In this document: in pieces, positions 1 to 9,131 of the stretch
Position numbering within the stretch: position 1 is the first letter of the stretch
How the letters are laid out: each line of letters opens with the position of its first letter
Origin: Candidatus Poribacteria bacterium
GTDB taxonomy: Bacteria; Poribacteria; WGA-4E; WGA-3G
Assembly: GCA_965205015.1 (NCBI GenBank)
Contig: OZ242029.1
Location: 4,974,939-5,038,938, forward strand
Length of the DNA stretch: 64,000 nucleotides
Direction: 5' to 3'
Program-made: the position numbers and the translations under genes
Notes under the pieces: generated by a model
Databases searched by the model: none
What the model saw: the letters and a program-made list of their open reading frames with translations, nothing else
Told to the model about the DNA's origin: nothing

Positions 1-206
1 ATGTTCCTTAAATTTCAAATTTTACTATAGTAACCTAAGTTGCCCCCTTATGGAAAATAAGCAAGAATTGTAGGGATAGGACCCCATAGAGAACCAGAAT
101 TAGAGGAAATTCCTTGTATTTTTAAACGAAAATGCCATATCCCTGTCTAAAACGTTGTAAGTCGCAATTTGGGTTATAAAAAAAGCGTTTACACTGCTTG
201 AAATAC

Positions 207-235
207 TTGACAATTCCGTGAAAAACTTTTAGAAT
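207..235 (+). promoter_or_regulatory. sigma70-like promoter upstream of ggt
   Basis: TTGACA (207-212), 17-nt spacer, TAGAAT (230-235); AAAGGA RBS then GTG start at 271. Confidence 0.5.
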
Positions 236-270
236 TCCGCGTATTAACCTTCAGCGAAAGGAACAAACTT

Positions 271-1872
271 GTGAATTTACATAAACGGGACTATGGGACC
301 GTCGCTGGACCCCACCCCCGCACTGCGCAAGCGGGGTTTGAAATGCTCCTTGCGGGTGGAAACGCCGTTGATGCCGCTGTTGCCGCTGCCTTTGCAGAGG
401 GTGTTGTGGAACCCTCTCACAACGGTATCGCGGGTTACGGGGGTTGCGTGCTTATCTATCGCAAGAAAACGGAAGATGTCATCGCGATAGACTATAACAC
501 TGCCGCTCCGGCTGCCACCTCTGAGGATATGTTTACGATTGAAGATGCTCCAGATACAGTTGCGGGGTACCGAGTCCCGGGACGCGTAAACGTTCATGGA
601 CCGTTGTCTATTGGAATACCGGGGGTCGTCGCTGGTTTGTGCTTGGCTTTAGAGGCGTTCGGAAGCCTACCACTCCCGGAAGTACTCCGACCCGCCATCA
701 ATTCTGCCCGCTACGGCTATGCGCCGAACAGTGCGAATCGCGGCGGGATGGCAGGAAATGCCGAACGATGGAAACAGGACTTCCCCGAAACGGCACGTGT
801 TTTTCTGAAAAATGGTAGAGCACCGAAGAAAGGGGAAAAACTCACTAACCCCGAACTCGCGCGAACCTTGGAGGCGGTCGCTGAAGGCGGACATGCCGCA
901 TTCTATGAAGGTGCAATCGCTGAAACAATTGCAAACCACATTCAGGCATTAGGCGGATGCCTCACCGTGGACGACCTCAAGAACTACCGTCCTTTCATCA
1001 CAGAACCCTACAAAATTCAGTATCGAGGCTACTCGGTCTATACGGCACCCCTCGGCGCAGGCGGACTGACCACCTTACAGATGCTCCGGTTGGTAGAGGC
1101 ATTTGACATAGCGGCGATGTCCGTCTCTGAACGGTTTCACCTTTTCGCTGAAGCCATGAAAATCTGTTGGCCCGAAAGACTCCGCCGATTCGGGGACCCC
1201 ACTTTCGTGGACATAGATATCGAAACGGAACTCTCCGATAACTTCACCGCTGCACTCAGCGAAAAACTGAAGGCGGGACTTGAATCGCCGCAACCAGGGG
1301 AGGTCGTCTACCACGAACCGATGAACTGTACGAGTCACATCTCGACTGCGGATGCGCACGGGAATATGGTCTCCCTTACACAAACGCACGGGGGTGGATT
1401 CGGCTCAATGGTAACAGTACCAGGCACAGGACTCCTTTTCGGACACGGTGTCGGACGTTTCGATCCCCGACCGGGAATTGCGAACTCCGTGGGCCCCGGC
1501 AAACGTCCACTTCACAACATGGCTCCGTTTCTCGCTACGCGGGACGGTAAACCCTTCGCTACTTACGGTATCCCCGGCGGCAGAACTATCCCGAACAATC
1601 AGTTTAACATCAGCGTTAGTCTTATAGATTTACAAATCTCAATGCAGCAAGCACTCGATGCCCCACGGTTCCACTCCGATGGTGCCGAACCGATTCAAGT
1701 CGAATCTCGCGCCGGTGAAGATGTGCTCGCAGCGTTAAGAGACCTCGGACACGAGGTCACACCAAGTGCGGGTATTGGAGGTCCAGGACACGGGGTTCGC
1801 GTCTGGAACGATGGAACGCATCATGACGGTGGGACGGATCCGCGCGGTGAAGGTAAAGTAATGACGAAATAA
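271..1872 (+). CDS. ggt: gamma-glutamyltranspeptidase (Ntn hydrolase)
   Basis: GGNAVDAAVAAAF N-terminal motif; TSHISTADAHGNMVSLTQTHGGGFGS catalytic Thr region; GPGKRPLHNMAPF matches E. coli GGT GPNKRPLSSMSPT. Confidence 0.9.
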   Translation: MNLHKRDYGTVAGPHPRTAQAGFEMLLAGGNAVDAAVAAAFAEGVVEPSHNGIAGYGGCVLIYRKKTEDVIAIDYNTAAPAATSEDMFTIEDAPDTVAGYRVPGRVNVHGPLSIGIPGVVAGLCLALEAFGSLPLPEVLRPAINSARYGYAPNSANRGGMAGNAERWKQDFPETARVFLKNGRAPKKGEKLTNPELARTLEAVAEGGHAAFYEGAIAETIANHIQALGGCLTVDDLKNYRPFITEPYKIQYRGYSVYTAPLGAGGLTTLQMLRLVEAFDIAAMSVSERFHLFAEAMKICWPERLRRFGDPTFVDIDIETELSDNFTAALSEKLKAGLESPQPGEVVYHEPMNCTSHISTADAHGNMVSLTQTHGGGFGSMVTVPGTGLLFGHGVGRFDPRPGIANSVGPGKRPLHNMAPFLATRDGKPFATYGIPGGRTIPNNQFNISVSLIDLQISMQQALDAPRFHSDGAEPIQVESRAGEDVLAALRDLGHEVTPSAGIGGPGHGVRVWNDGTHHDGGTDPRGEGKVMTK

Positions 1873-1887
1873 CAGGAGAATCTGGCA

Positions 1888-2676
1888 ATGGCTTTCTGTA
1901 ACGATGCACTCGCTGGACGACATATCGTTATCTCCGGTGGGTGCGGAGCGATCGGACTCGGAATCATCAAAAAATTAATGGCGCACGGCGCAAATGTAAC
2001 GGTGAACGACATCCTGTCGGATCAACAAGCAACAGACCGACTCAGTCAGAACGGCATTGACATATCGAAAACGAACTATGTTAAGGCAGATCTGACGGAT
2101 ACCAATGAAACCGATATACTGGTAGATACTGCCCGTGAACGGTTCGGACCCATCCACGTCGCGCTATGCCATATCGGTATGGTGATTCCGAAACCGTTGT
2201 TGGACTACACAGCAGAAGAGTGGGATGAGACCATGGCAGTCAATGTGCGGACAGCGTTCTTATTGGGCAGTGCCGCATCCCGTTCAATGCTGGAAGATGG
2301 CATTAAAGGACACCTCATTTTTACGACATCTTGGGTCGCTGATGTGCCGTGGCCCGAGATTGGACCGTATAACGCAAGCAAGGCGGCGATGAAGCAGCTC
2401 ATGCGTTCCTTCGCACGGGAGCTCGCCGACAAAGGGATCCGCGCCAACGCAGTCGCACCCGGGATCGTCAGCGTCGGGCTTGCAAAGCAGCAGTGGGATA
2501 CGGATCCAACTTATCGCGCTCGAGCACAGAAAGCCATTCCTCTTGGCGTTATGCAACCGCTGGATTCGGTGGCAGACGCCTTTCTGTTTTTGTGCAGCAC
2601 CGCTGCAGATTATATGACGGGAACAGTGCTACTCGTAGATGGCGGATGTAGCCTGTATCCAATGGATGATGCATAA
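1888..2676 (+). CDS. SDR family oxidoreductase
   Basis: Gly-rich NAD(P) motif ISGGCGAIGLGI; YNASKAAMKQL catalytic YxxxK. Confidence 0.85.
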   Translation: MAFCNDALAGRHIVISGGCGAIGLGIIKKLMAHGANVTVNDILSDQQATDRLSQNGIDISKTNYVKADLTDTNETDILVDTARERFGPIHVALCHIGMVIPKPLLDYTAEEWDETMAVNVRTAFLLGSAASRSMLEDGIKGHLIFTTSWVADVPWPEIGPYNASKAAMKQLMRSFARELADKGIRANAVAPGIVSVGLAKQQWDTDPTYRARAQKAIPLGVMQPLDSVADAFLFLCSTAADYMTGTVLLVDGGCSLYPMDDA

Positions 2677-2742
2677 TCCGCCAAGGATAGATACAATAAA
2701 TTTTCGCGTGCTTCGTAAAATGCACGCAAAGATGGAGGAATT

Positions 2743-3063
2743 ATGTCACAATTTGTAAAAGCCGCAACAACCGATCAGATTCAGCCGGGTAAATGTATTG
2801 GCGTGAAAGTCGAAGGCGTTTTCATCGGCATCTACAATGTGAAGGGTGAGTATTACGCCATGAACAACATCTGTCCACATCTCGGCGGGGTTTTGAGTTA
2901 CGGCTTTTTAGATAACAACTGTGTTACGTGTCCACTTCACATGTGGGAATTTGATGTGACGACAGGCGAATGTGTGTGGCCCGGTGAGGAAAAACTACCC
3001 ACCTACCCTGTTAAAGTGGAGGGTGAAGATATCCTTGTGAATGTGGAAACACCACTCTTGTAG
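2743..3063 (+). CDS. Rieske [2Fe-2S] domain protein (nitrite-reductase small-subunit-like)
   Basis: CPHLGG ... CPLHMW = CxH-Xn-CxxH Rieske ligands in a 106-aa protein. Confidence 0.8.
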   Translation: MSQFVKAATTDQIQPGKCIGVKVEGVFIGIYNVKGEYYAMNNICPHLGGVLSYGFLDNNCVTCPLHMWEFDVTTGECVWPGEEKLPTYPVKVEGEDILVNVETPLL

Positions 3064-3064
3064 G

Positions 3065-3081
3065 GGCGAGGTTACCTCGCC
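3065..3081. repeat. REP-like perfect hairpin GGCGAGGT-T-ACCTCGCC
   Basis: Inverted repeat directly after Rieske stop; same GGCGAGGTTAG...CCTCGCC family as 28344, 29259, 51386. Confidence 0.5.
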
Positions 3082-3141
3082 TCTACTTGGTAGAACGGCG
3101 CGGTCGTTCGATCGCGCCTGTCGAAAAGAAGGAGAAAAATT

Positions 3142-4089
3142 ATGGCATATCTGCTCACCGGTGGCATGGGGTGCATCGGTACTTACGTCATCCGCGACCT
3201 ATTGACCGCCGGTGAAAAGGTAGTCGTTTACGATTTTGCTTACGACCTGACGATCCCCAAAATGGTCCTCACGGATGAACAACTTGAAGGGTTCACCTTT
3301 GTGCAGGGCGACATCACCGACTTGCCACACGTTTTGCGCACTATTCAAGAACATGAGATTGATCGGGTCATCCATCTCGCCTCGTGGCAGGTACCGGCGT
3401 GCAACGCGAATCCACCAGAAGCGTTAAAGGTGGTTTGCGAAGGCACGATCAACATATTGGAAGCAGCGCGCATTTTCAAGCTCAAACGGGTTGTATGGGC
3501 AAGCAGTGTCGCAGTCTTCGGCGCACCCGAGGATTACAACCACGAACAGATTCTCAATGATGCCCCCCATTACCCGAAATTCATCTACGGAGCGTGCAAA
3601 TCCCTCAACGAAAGATATGCGATGCACTATTTCGATGCCTACGGTGTCGATTCGATTGGGCTCCGGTTTACTGCTGTCTATGGGGTCGGTAGAACCCGTG
3701 GCATGAGTTCATTCACAACGCAAATGATCGAAGCAGTGGCGTTAGGCAAACCACACGTCTGTCCGTTCGGTGATGATGCTGTGGATTGGCAGTATGTAGA
3801 GGATGTCTCCCGTTCGATCGTGGTCGCTTGCACCTGCCCAACAACGCAGACCCGCGTCTTCAATGTGAAGGGCGGTATCCGACCGGTCAAAGACGGCGTG
3901 GCGTACCTCAAGACGTTGGTGCCAGATGCACAGATTACGTTGGAGCCAGGGGTATTTGGAATCTCGTGGGATTACGACGCGACACCTATCGCTGAGGAGA
4001 TGGGATTTACGCCTGACTACACGATGGAAGAAGGGATTTTGAAAACGTTTAATCGTTTCCGGGAGCGTGCGGGGTTGGCGCTGATATAA
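3142..4089 (+). CDS. NAD-dependent epimerase/dehydratase family protein
   Basis: N-terminal LLTGGMGCIGTYV Rossmann motif; YGACK catalytic YxxxK. Confidence 0.85.
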   Translation: MAYLLTGGMGCIGTYVIRDLLTAGEKVVVYDFAYDLTIPKMVLTDEQLEGFTFVQGDITDLPHVLRTIQEHEIDRVIHLASWQVPACNANPPEALKVVCEGTINILEAARIFKLKRVVWASSVAVFGAPEDYNHEQILNDAPHYPKFIYGACKSLNERYAMHYFDAYGVDSIGLRFTAVYGVGRTRGMSSFTTQMIEAVALGKPHVCPFGDDAVDWQYVEDVSRSIVVACTCPTTQTRVFNVKGGIRPVKDGVAYLKTLVPDAQITLEPGVFGISWDYDATPIAEEMGFTPDYTMEEGILKTFNRFRERAGLALI

Positions 4090-4262
4090 CTGCTACAGGG
4101 TCAAAAACGTTCATTCTATTATAGAAAAGATTATGTAAGGCGCAATGAATTACGCTTCTACGAACCGGGGTCCCACCCGTTCCTGGAAAGGGACACCGCT
4201 TTATCGTCTGTCTGTGTAGGTCGTAAAAAATGAAAGAATGATGATGTTGTTCAATCCTTAGC

Positions 4263-5021
4263 CTAATAGTACTTTTTCATCTGTGCCCAAGTGACGGCTA
4301 ACTTCCCGCGGGCATCAACAGATAGCACCCGTTCCCACGGGATATTCTTTCCTCTGGAATCGGCTTGATGTATATCATCAAAGTTTGGATGTCCCCATCC
4401 ACCGCTATTGTTATCCACAACAACAATTTGGGCGGTCTTGCCTTGAAATTCGGAGACATCCCACTCTGCCCGCGCCATCGTTTCGGTGTTGTTCCCCGTC
4501 GATGTCCGCACGACTTTCCCTTTAATCTCAAGGTTAACACTACACGGCGCGGGGTCATCCTTCCAGGGGTGATTGCCGCCCCCGATGAGGAAGTTCATCG
4601 TTTTTCCGATAATCGTGAACTCGATTGAGGTGAGGGTGCCTTGCGGTCCATCGCCCTGCGTGGCACCTGGATTCTGTCCGAGTTTTTTCCCTTTATCTGG
4701 ACCTTGGTACTTTTCGTATAAACCTAACCACCAATCGCCTTGATGTTCAGAGGGCTGACCGCGGTTTCGGGCCGTTGGGTTATCTCCCCAGGTAGGTTGG
4801 AAATCGAAGGCAACGTCGTCTTTCTCCCAATCCGTGAGGTCGCCCGTCTCGAAGTCATTGTTAAACGCCCGTGCCGAGGCGATGTTAAGAGGCAGAACCA
4901 AGAGTATTAGGAGGACGGAGGGAATCATGAGCGGGAATACCATTTTTTTCATGAGATGCGTCTCCTTCTGTTTGTGAAAAGTTGTATGCTTCAGGTCATT
5001 TAGACAGGAACTTGTGAACAC
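4263..5021 (-). CDS. secreted concanavalin-like protein, DUF1080 (3-keto-disaccharide hydrolase)-like
   Basis: N-terminal signal peptide; FNNDFETGDLTDWE resembles DUF1080 FNGKDLTGWE; C-terminal KLAVTWAQMK motif shared with two LamG paralogs. Confidence 0.5.
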   Translation of the reverse strand: MFTSSCLNDLKHTTFHKQKETHLMKKMVFPLMIPSVLLILLVLPLNIASARAFNNDFETGDLTDWEKDDVAFDFQPTWGDNPTARNRGQPSEHQGDWWLGLYEKYQGPDKGKKLGQNPGATQGDGPQGTLTSIEFTIIGKTMNFLIGGGNHPWKDDPAPCSVNLEIKGKVVRTSTGNNTETMARAEWDVSEFQGKTAQIVVVDNNSGGWGHPNFDDIHQADSRGKNIPWERVLSVDARGKLAVTWAQMKKYY

Positions 5022-5112
5022 ACGTCTGAAAGTTGAACAACATCATCACTTTTCATTATACACTATTATGGAAATAATGTTAAGAAAAATTGTGAATTCC
5101 GGCAGGGAATGA

Positions 5113-5625
5113 CTATAACAGGTCAACAATTTGTCTTGCGAACATCAAGCCGATGACGCAGATAATCGCTGTCAATGTCCGCTTTTCGCTTTTGAGGGCG
5201 CGTGTCCAAGAAAAATCGTGGGGAGAGGGTTCGGGATAAGAATGGAACTGGGGAACAAAGCGTGGCACACGCGTCCGGTATGCCTGATAGACGGGACCGC
5301 AGGATTCCAGCAAATACGCTTCCTCTATTGCGATAATCGGGAGGTATTGGAGGAGATAACCGATAATAAGAACGGCGACAAGCCAATAGACGTTCGCGAC
5401 CAGGCAGACACCGAGGCTGAGTAGGAAATTACCGAGATAAAGGGGGTTACGGACATATCCATAGGGACCGGTTGTGACAAGGTCGCGGGCGGCACCAAGG
5501 GTTCTGGCACGGGTAGATGCGCCGGCATATCCAACCGCCCATATCCTGAGAACCTCGCCCGTCGCAATGAACACTGCACCAATGCTTACGGTGTACCACA
5601 CAGGTTCAGCAAAATAAAGGAGCAC
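5113..5625 (-). CDS. isoprenylcysteine carboxyl methyltransferase (ICMT/PEMT) family membrane protein
   Basis: TGPYGYVRNPLYLGNFLL matches the RHPxY-type ICMT motif; multiple TM helices. Confidence 0.75.
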   Translation of the reverse strand: MLLYFAEPVWYTVSIGAVFIATGEVLRIWAVGYAGASTRARTLGAARDLVTTGPYGYVRNPLYLGNFLLSLGVCLVANVYWLVAVLIIGYLLQYLPIIAIEEAYLLESCGPVYQAYRTRVPRFVPQFHSYPEPSPHDFSWTRALKSEKRTLTAIICVIGLMFARQIVDLL

Positions 5626-5764
5626 AAGGATGAATGGGATAGGTGTGAAACTCCGGATTTTGAAGAAGAGGTTGCCGATTTTTTTAATTTTTCTTGCGGT
5701 TCGGTGAAGTCGGTGTGAACTTTTGTATGCCTCTCCGTATATCCGCCCTCCACGTTCCTACATC

Positions 5765-6826
5765 TTACTTCGGTGTACGCCAGATCATGATACCCCCAAC
5801 GGCAGCGTACATGAAGTTCGCGCCCCAACAGGCGAGAAAAGGATGAAGTTTGCCATTTTCACTCAATCCCTCAAGTACTGCAAAGGAGAGTGCCCAATAG
5901 ATAAAAGAGAGGAAGAAAGCGAGTACCAAACCCGCAAAGAAACCAGCCCTACCGAACCGGATAGCGATAGGTGCGCCAAGCATAATAACAACGACAGCTG
6001 CGAATGGGTACGCCGTTTTGTGATACAATTTTACCTGTTCTTTGCGCGAAATCTGTCCTGCTTCCTGTTTATAGGTGATCTGTTGGCGGAGTTCTTCGAT
6101 TGTCATGGCCCTCGGATCCTTTTCACTCCCGATAAAACGGGCGGGATCCTCGTGCCGCTCTATCGCATGCGTATCAAAAGCTTCATAACCGACCTCGACG
6201 CCCCTTTCAAAGTGGCGAATGTATCCATCCGTTAATTGCCAGTGGGTAGGTGTCCACACCGCTGTCTTCGCGAACGTTACGCGAGCGAGTTTCCCATCTG
6301 TATCATATTCATAGATAGTGAGTTGTTGGATTCTACGCGCGTCCAAAGCAATCCGCTGTGAGTAAAAGATACGGTCGCCTTTGCCTTTGAAGACGATGTT
6401 CCTGCCCCGACGCGGTCTAACGTTATTTTGTAAGAGATGCGCTTCATGAAAAGCAGGCGACGCAACCCGGTTATAAAAAATAGCGAAGAGTCCACAAATA
6501 ACGAGCGTTACCATCAAAACAGGCGCGAGGAGCCGGTAAACACTCAGACCGCCCGCCTTCATCGCGGTGAACTCGTTGCTCTGGACCATCCGACCCAGCA
6601 CAAAAAAGATGGCGACAAATGCAGCAACGGGCACTACCTCCATAATCCGACGCGGCGCTTGGAAGAGAACAATTTTAACAGCCGTCATATAAGCGACATC
6701 ATCATCAAACTTCTTGATGTCCTTATCCAGCAAACGCACGATAATAATCAGTGCGATAAAGAACAAAAGCCCGACAAAAAAGGCTTTCAGGTATTCGCGA
6801 AGCAGGTATCGATCTAAAATATTCAA
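5765..6826 (-). CDS. lptG: LPS export permease, LptF/LptG (YjgP/YjgQ) family, LptG-like
   Basis: MNILDRYLLREYLKAFFVGLLFF N-terminus typical of LptG; downstream member of tandem pair; TTG start. Confidence 0.8.
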   Translation of the reverse strand: MNILDRYLLREYLKAFFVGLLFFIALIIIVRLLDKDIKKFDDDVAYMTAVKIVLFQAPRRIMEVVPVAAFVAIFFVLGRMVQSNEFTAMKAGGLSVYRLLAPVLMVTLVICGLFAIFYNRVASPAFHEAHLLQNNVRPRRGRNIVFKGKGDRIFYSQRIALDARRIQQLTIYEYDTDGKLARVTFAKTAVWTPTHWQLTDGYIRHFERGVEVGYEAFDTHAIERHEDPARFIGSEKDPRAMTIEELRQQITYKQEAGQISRKEQVKLYHKTAYPFAAVVVIMLGAPIAIRFGRAGFFAGLVLAFFLSFIYWALSFAVLEGLSENGKLHPFLACWGANFMYAAVGGIMIWRTPK

Positions 6827-6848
6827 TTTTTAATTATACCTTGCGGAA
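6827..6848 (-). promoter_or_regulatory. conserved CCGCAAGG-TATAAT-TAAAAA motif abutting lptG start
   Basis: On the minus strand TATAAT ends 6 nt before the TTG start codon; same motif recurs at 8170, 22034, 27859, 30795, 51452 (and orphan copies at 9113, 62067). Confidence 0.4.
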
Positions 6849-6969
6849 TAAGGACATGGAACTGGCAATCAAGTGCCTTTCTTAAATCCGTTCTCCACTA
6901 CGTTACGGACTACAGACTTAGGATTTTGAGAAGAATTACAGGTACTGGCTGCTGACAGCCTCCCTTCGG

Positions 6970-8169
6970 TTATGATTCGACTTTCCTATTGACGACAAGC
7001 GTCAGCGTGTCGCGGGCGCGCCACGTCAGCAAGATCCCCTCGCCGATCATACGAATACTGAGAAAAACGCCCAACACGCCAATTGCTATATTGGGAAGCC
7101 ACATGGCAAGGGCAGGAGATATCATGCCGTTCAAACCTGCACTTTGACCGATCTGAAGCAGTAAGTAGTAAACCAAGATGACAGTTAATCCAATACCAAA
7201 CCCAATCATCTTACCGCCCTGTTTTACCATCAATCCAAGGGGCACGCCCATCAATCCGAACGCCAGACATGCGAAAGGGATAGAAAACTTTTTGTGGTAC
7301 TCAACCTCCGCGACACGGAGTTTATTCCGGGTATAGTCAGGATTCTGACTGGTTTGGACGGCGGCTTCCAAAGTATTGATGAATGCCTTGAGTTGGACGA
7401 TAGTCATGGACCGGGGTGTTTGGTTCCGTAAAGCCCCACGCTCCAGATCCTCGGTCAACTGCAGTGCGAGTTGTTGCTGCCGGAACTTTGTTATACGATA
7501 TCCATCCGAATTATCGGTTGTCGGTTCGTATGTAAGTCCATCGTAAAGCGTGAGCACGGCTCTGCCATTTTCAAAACCGAGGGTCCCTTCTTGCGCGTGA
7601 CTGAAACGAGGCCGTCCTGTCCAGATCCCATCCCATATTTTGACATCCTGCATGCGTCCACTCTTGGCATCCGTGGATTCGTACATCCAGAGTTTGCCTT
7701 CTCTCTCCAACTCCTTCATAACGGTGGCTTCTTCCAAAACGAACGTCGGATTGTGTCTTTGGATGTCGCGTTTGAGTGTCGCGTAAGCGAGATTTGCCCT
7801 TGGTAGCGCGTAGTCCATTAATCCGAGATTAACGATGCTTAGGACCACTGCCATGCCTAAAAGCGGGAGCATCAGGTGATGGAAAGCGAGCCCGTGTGCC
7901 TTCATGGCGATGATTTCATTATCGGTAGAGAGTCTTCCAAGAGAAAGTAAAATTGCGACCAAAGCCGCCATCGGAAGAGATAACACAACCGAAGCGGGCA
8001 TCACATAGATAAGCAACTCAACCAGATAAATCGGACTTATCCCCTTCTGCACAAAAAGTTTCGTCAACCGAAACAGGTCATCGAAGATGAGGATAAAGGT
8101 AAAACAGATAAGTGCTATTATGAAGGGTGGAAGAAATTCTTTAAGTATATACCGCGCTAATATTCTCAT
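6970..8169 (-). CDS. lptF: LPS export permease, LptF/LptG family, LptF-like
   Basis: MRILARYILKEFLPPFIIALICFTFIL N-terminus; 399 aa, multi-TM; upstream partner of lptG. Confidence 0.8.
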   Translation of the reverse strand: MRILARYILKEFLPPFIIALICFTFILIFDDLFRLTKLFVQKGISPIYLVELLIYVMPASVVLSLPMAALVAILLSLGRLSTDNEIIAMKAHGLAFHHLMLPLLGMAVVLSIVNLGLMDYALPRANLAYATLKRDIQRHNPTFVLEEATVMKELEREGKLWMYESTDAKSGRMQDVKIWDGIWTGRPRFSHAQEGTLGFENGRAVLTLYDGLTYEPTTDNSDGYRITKFRQQQLALQLTEDLERGALRNQTPRSMTIVQLKAFINTLEAAVQTSQNPDYTRNKLRVAEVEYHKKFSIPFACLAFGLMGVPLGLMVKQGGKMIGFGIGLTVILVYYLLLQIGQSAGLNGMISPALAMWLPNIAIGVLGVFLSIRMIGEGILLTWRARDTLTLVVNRKVES

Positions 8170-8191
8170 TTTTTAATTATTCGCAAGACGT
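8170..8191 (-). promoter_or_regulatory. variant of the start-abutting motif (CGTCTTGCG-AATAAT-TAAAAAA-ATG)
   Basis: Same architecture as 6827 motif with AATAAT in place of TATAAT, immediately upstream of lptF ATG. Confidence 0.3.
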
Positions 8192-8217
8192 TAAAATAAG
8201 GGGGTCTGTTTATGAGT

Positions 8218-8310
8218 CGTTTTCCTTTATATCCGCCCGCGTGTTTTTGCCAACGCTGAAATCCAATGCGAAGAAAGTCTTTGCTTGGGTATTTCTGCGT
8301 ATTGTTGCAG
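8218..8310. repeat. mosaic intergenic repeat (copy A)
   Basis: tttatatccgcc(c/t)gcgtgtttttgc(c/a)aacgct(g/a)aaatccaatgcgaagaaagt...atttctgcgtattgttgcaggct nearly identical to 51490-51590. Confidence 0.6.
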
Positions 8311-8423
8311 GCTGCCGTCTTAAGATAATTTTCGTAACCGTAGCTTCCCGTAAGCGAAGTGGAGCACTGATACAGTTCTCCTCTGTTTGTTGATTTGTGC
8401 CGGAAAAACCTTCATAATTTAAT

Positions 8424-8939
8424 TTGAAATTTTGGTATGAAAGATGTTATCATACCCACATGGAACTTACGCTTGAATCCATTCAACTCACAACTGATGA
8501 CTTGGCGGACGTAGCCGCACGTCATACTTCTGCCCAAGAAATCTACTCTCCAACAGCCCCGAGGCGTCCGACTGCCCAATTCGGTTGGCGGGACAGATGG
8601 TGGTTAAACCAGACGGCAGCACAGCAAGTTGTCATCAATTACTGGTTTTTCGAGTCCCCCGATGAAGCCCGCGCAGCCGCTGATGAAGGCAGATTTCGGC
8701 TTTCAGCACAAACCGTACCGAAATTAGGTGGACGCGATTCCATCTATCAACCGCCCCCAAACGACAAACATGGACTGGGGGATGTGGTGTGGCAGGCTGG
8801 CGCGAATTTTCTGTTCGTCCAACGGACGATCGTCGTGCTGGTTGCTGAAATAGGAGGGCAGGTTCCCGAGGAAACAACCCTCCATATCGCGAAAAAAATT
8901 TCCAAGAAAATTCAGGACGCGCTGCCGTCAAAACAGTAA
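8424..8939 (+). CDS. hypothetical protein
   Basis: ORF with no recognisable motif; flanked by direct repeats GCTTGGGTATTTCTGCGTATTG at 8284 and 9021. Confidence 0.45.
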   Translation: MKFWYERCYHTHMELTLESIQLTTDDLADVAARHTSAQEIYSPTAPRRPTAQFGWRDRWWLNQTAAQQVVINYWFFESPDEARAAADEGRFRLSAQTVPKLGGRDSIYQPPPNDKHGLGDVVWQAGANFLFVQRTIVVLVAEIGGQVPEETTLHIAKKISKKIQDALPSKQ

Positions 8940-8967
8940 CGTGTTAAAAGCGTGTCAAGCCCAAAAC

Positions 8968-9060
8968 ACCAAAAACCAAGCCCGAAACGTAGTGGAGGTG
9001 TTTTTGCTTGGGGTGTTTTTGCTTGGGTATTTCTGCGTATTGATAGGGTGTTTCTGCGTA
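8968..9060. repeat. intergenic repeat cluster with internal tandem duplications
   Basis: gtgtttttgcttggg x2 and gt(a/g)tttctgcgtatt x2; contains the ACACCCAAGCAAAAACACC module in reverse orientation. Confidence 0.55.
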
Positions 9061-9112
9061 TTTCTTCAACTCGAACACGAAAAACATTAAGATACAGGTT
9101 CCCGTTCCCTAT

Positions 9113-9131
9113 CCGCAAGGTAAAATTAATA
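9113..9131 (+). promoter_or_regulatory. orphan plus-strand copy of CCGCAAGGTAAAATTAA motif
   Basis: Motif in plus orientation at the 3' end of the minus-strand aldolase gene; would be antisense. CCGCAAGG...CGTTGCGG also forms an inverted repeat. Confidence 0.3.

Noticed and set aside
3065-3081. GGCGAGGTTACCTCGCC hairpin as a rho-independent terminator
   Set aside because: No downstream U-run on either strand; identical stems recur at non-terminator positions, so treated as a REP-like repeat instead.
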